NCBI RefSeq assembly: GCF_009914755.1
Contig: NC_060930.1
From: the human T2T-CHM13v2.0 reference genome, Homo sapiens
Direction: 5' to 3' (one strand)
Length of the DNA stretch: 64,000 nucleotides
Shown piece by piece: positions 61,775-64,000 of this stretch (the stretch's first letter is position 1; the number at the start of each line of letters is the position of its first letter). Made by a program: the position numbers and the translations under genes. Below the pieces are notes generated by a model, which was given only the letters and a program-made list of their open reading frames with translations, was not told where the DNA came from and did no database searches.

Positions 61775-63619
61775 TATTTATGTATTGGTTTACACAAGAA
61801 ACCATTAATTTCTACAATCTTCTCTGACCACTTGAGGAAAAGAAAATAAAAGAAAAAGCACAGGTAATACTGGTATGCTTCTAACCTTGGATAAAATGTG
61901 TGTTCAGTGTGGTAAGGAAACAACTCTCTGCTGCTTATATTACAATTTTTAAGAAGTTTCAAACAGTGTGGTTTGTGTCCAGGATTAGTTTAGTACAATA
62001 GCCCTTTCAGAATGTGTTTTGTTTTCCTTGGTGTTTTTCTGTAAAGCCGTTCATCTGCCTAAAGTGAAGATTTGGGACTGCTAGAATTCAAGTGATAGCC
62101 ACTATGCTTCACTAAAAGAGTCCCTAAAGATATTACCACTTTCTTTCTTCTGAATAATTCACATAAAATGCTGCTAGGTACAGATGAGCAAGGCACGTAT
62201 CTTCAAAGGAAGGTGGTGGCAGCATCTTGTCATGGGGCATTGAAACCAAGTGGGGTGAGGAGGAAGTCTGTGCAGGGTGGGAAATGGCAGCAGCTTGTCA
62301 AGGGTGCTGGAGCCTGAGCATGTTAAAATTATCTCTAGTGTTTCAAATAATTATTCAAGGTTATTCTCTACATCTGGATAGATTTTTTAAAACACTTTGT
62401 AAAGGGGCAGGCAAAATGTGTGTGTGTTTTTGTGTGTTTAAATGGACTCGTGCAGCTACATCAGATTACGCTCTTTTCTGTATGTCAAACAGCTAGTTGT
62501 CATTACTGCTTTTTAAAAAATAAATCTTCAACTAAAATACGATTTACAATTAATTCATCTAATCATTCTATGACTGTTTCTATTACCAAAAATTTGCATA
62601 TAAAAGAAGCTCCCTAATGAAAAAGAATTTGCTATATTTCATTATTAAAACGAATACATAAAAAAGTTTGATATGCTATTTAAGACAGTTGTATCAGGAA
62701 GTGTACTGTAGAGCAGAAAAATTGAGGATGGATTTAAAAGCAAAACAAAATAAAGCATTTATTTTGCATTCAAACTACATTAAGGAAAATTCTTTGCAAA
62801 ATTTAATTGCAATTTTCAAATATTTCCAGTAATTTCTTGGAGATGACTATGATCTAGGAAAGTCATTAGCATACCCAACTTTAGCTATTACTCCATTATA
62901 TCTCAATCTAGTGACTGTGACAATACCTTCCTATGATGTTTGCTAGGAAGGAGTAGCAAGGTCAGAAGCAGTGCTTTACCTTCCAGTAAACCCCCAGGGT
63001 TTCACTGTCAGGGAACTTTACCAATCCTGGGGAGTTTAATCATCCTCAGCTCCCTCTCTCTTACTATTTTATTCAAATATACCCTGGAGCACTTGACTGC
63101 CAATACTCTACTTGCCCCCAGTCACGTTCCCAGTGTCTTCCAAAAAGGAAAAGCAAACTATAGGAGAAGAGTGACCACCATTTGATAGAAAATCCATATA
63201 TTAAGGATACTTTATTGGCAAGATTGCTAGTTAGCATCTTCATACTTTCAAAACAATTTGAGCTGAAAGGAAAAGTGTCTCATACTTTAACCTGACCAAC
63301 TACCCATTATCTTTTATTGCCTCCAGCGTTCTTTAGAGTATTCCTTAAATTCACTGTTGGTTCTTCAATTTCTAACTTGCACCTGACTTGCCTGTTTAGA
63401 TATAGATGTTTTCTTCAGTTGAAGAATGCGTTTAAGTTAGAAAGATTGGCTTTCTTTTCTCTGTGAGTATGTCTTCCATTTATTAATTAGAAATTGTTTT
63501 ATTCAAATATCTGGCATTTCCCCCTTCAGATATTAGTAAATATTTATAATTAGATTTCTATCTTTTTATTTATCTTTGCACCCACAGTTGGCATAATTCC
63601 GCTTCTAAAACTAAGAAAT

Positions 63620-63852
63620 AATAATTACCATTAATATATTGAATGTTCTTTATATTCAAGTCATTGTGCTGGTATTTTATAACCAGGACATCATTAAATC
63701 TTTGCAGCACCAGAAACGGTAGGAATAATTAATAATATCATAATGTAGATGGGAAGCTGGGATTCTTTGAAGTTATTAGTTTGTCGAAGAGCCCCTGTAA
63801 TTGGCAAGGCCAAAATCTGTACAAAGCCTGTCTAATTCTAGAGCTTGAGCTT
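63620..63852 (-). mobile_element. MIR
   Basis: TATTGAATG..CATTGTGCTGG..TAGATGGGAAGCTGGG..CTGTCTAATTCTAGAGCTTGAGCT. Confidence 0.6.
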
Positions 63853-64000
63853 GGCAGGATCTCATCAAGAATTTGCTAACAATTTCCTTTGGCTTTCTCA
63901 CTTTTATCAGAAGTTCAAATTTAACTGATCTATGACTATCTTATTGTAACCTGCTGGCAAATATCCCTAACATTTTTTTTCACAATCACTACTGATTAAG

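Noticed and set aside
62160-62500. Slightly GC-richer unique stretch with an 89-aa ORF
   Set aside because: Non-ATG start, no recognisable protein similarity or splice structure; a regulatory role cannot be judged from sequence alone.

Overview
This is AT-rich, CpG-poor human genomic DNA; the perfect AluYb8 at 2136 is a human-specific subfamily. It is intergenic or deep-intronic and made mostly of nested transposable elements. These include L1s of many ages (L1PA2 to L1M), five Alu dimers plus a FLAM-like monomer, a near full-length Tigger2, a two-LTR THE1D provirus, several solo LTRs (MER4A, MLT2A, MSTB, LTR40-like, LTR33, MLT1), DNA MITEs, MIR/L2 relics and microsatellites. The only gene-derived sequence I recognise is a minus-strand processed SDHC pseudogene (46404-47644). 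I see no intact protein-coding exon, RNA gene or CpG island, and no evidence of a new biological system. The most notable signals are: a 136-bp identical tract shared by two otherwise diverged AluY copies 23.35 kb apart (apparent ectopic gene conversion); a ~1.38-kb almost pure A/T array with internal inversions; a 160-bp direct repeat flanking a 1.18-kb chimeric insert; and discordant LTRs on the THE1D provirus. Subfamily names come from remembered consensus sequences, not from a RepeatMasker run, and boundaries of old elements are approximate.
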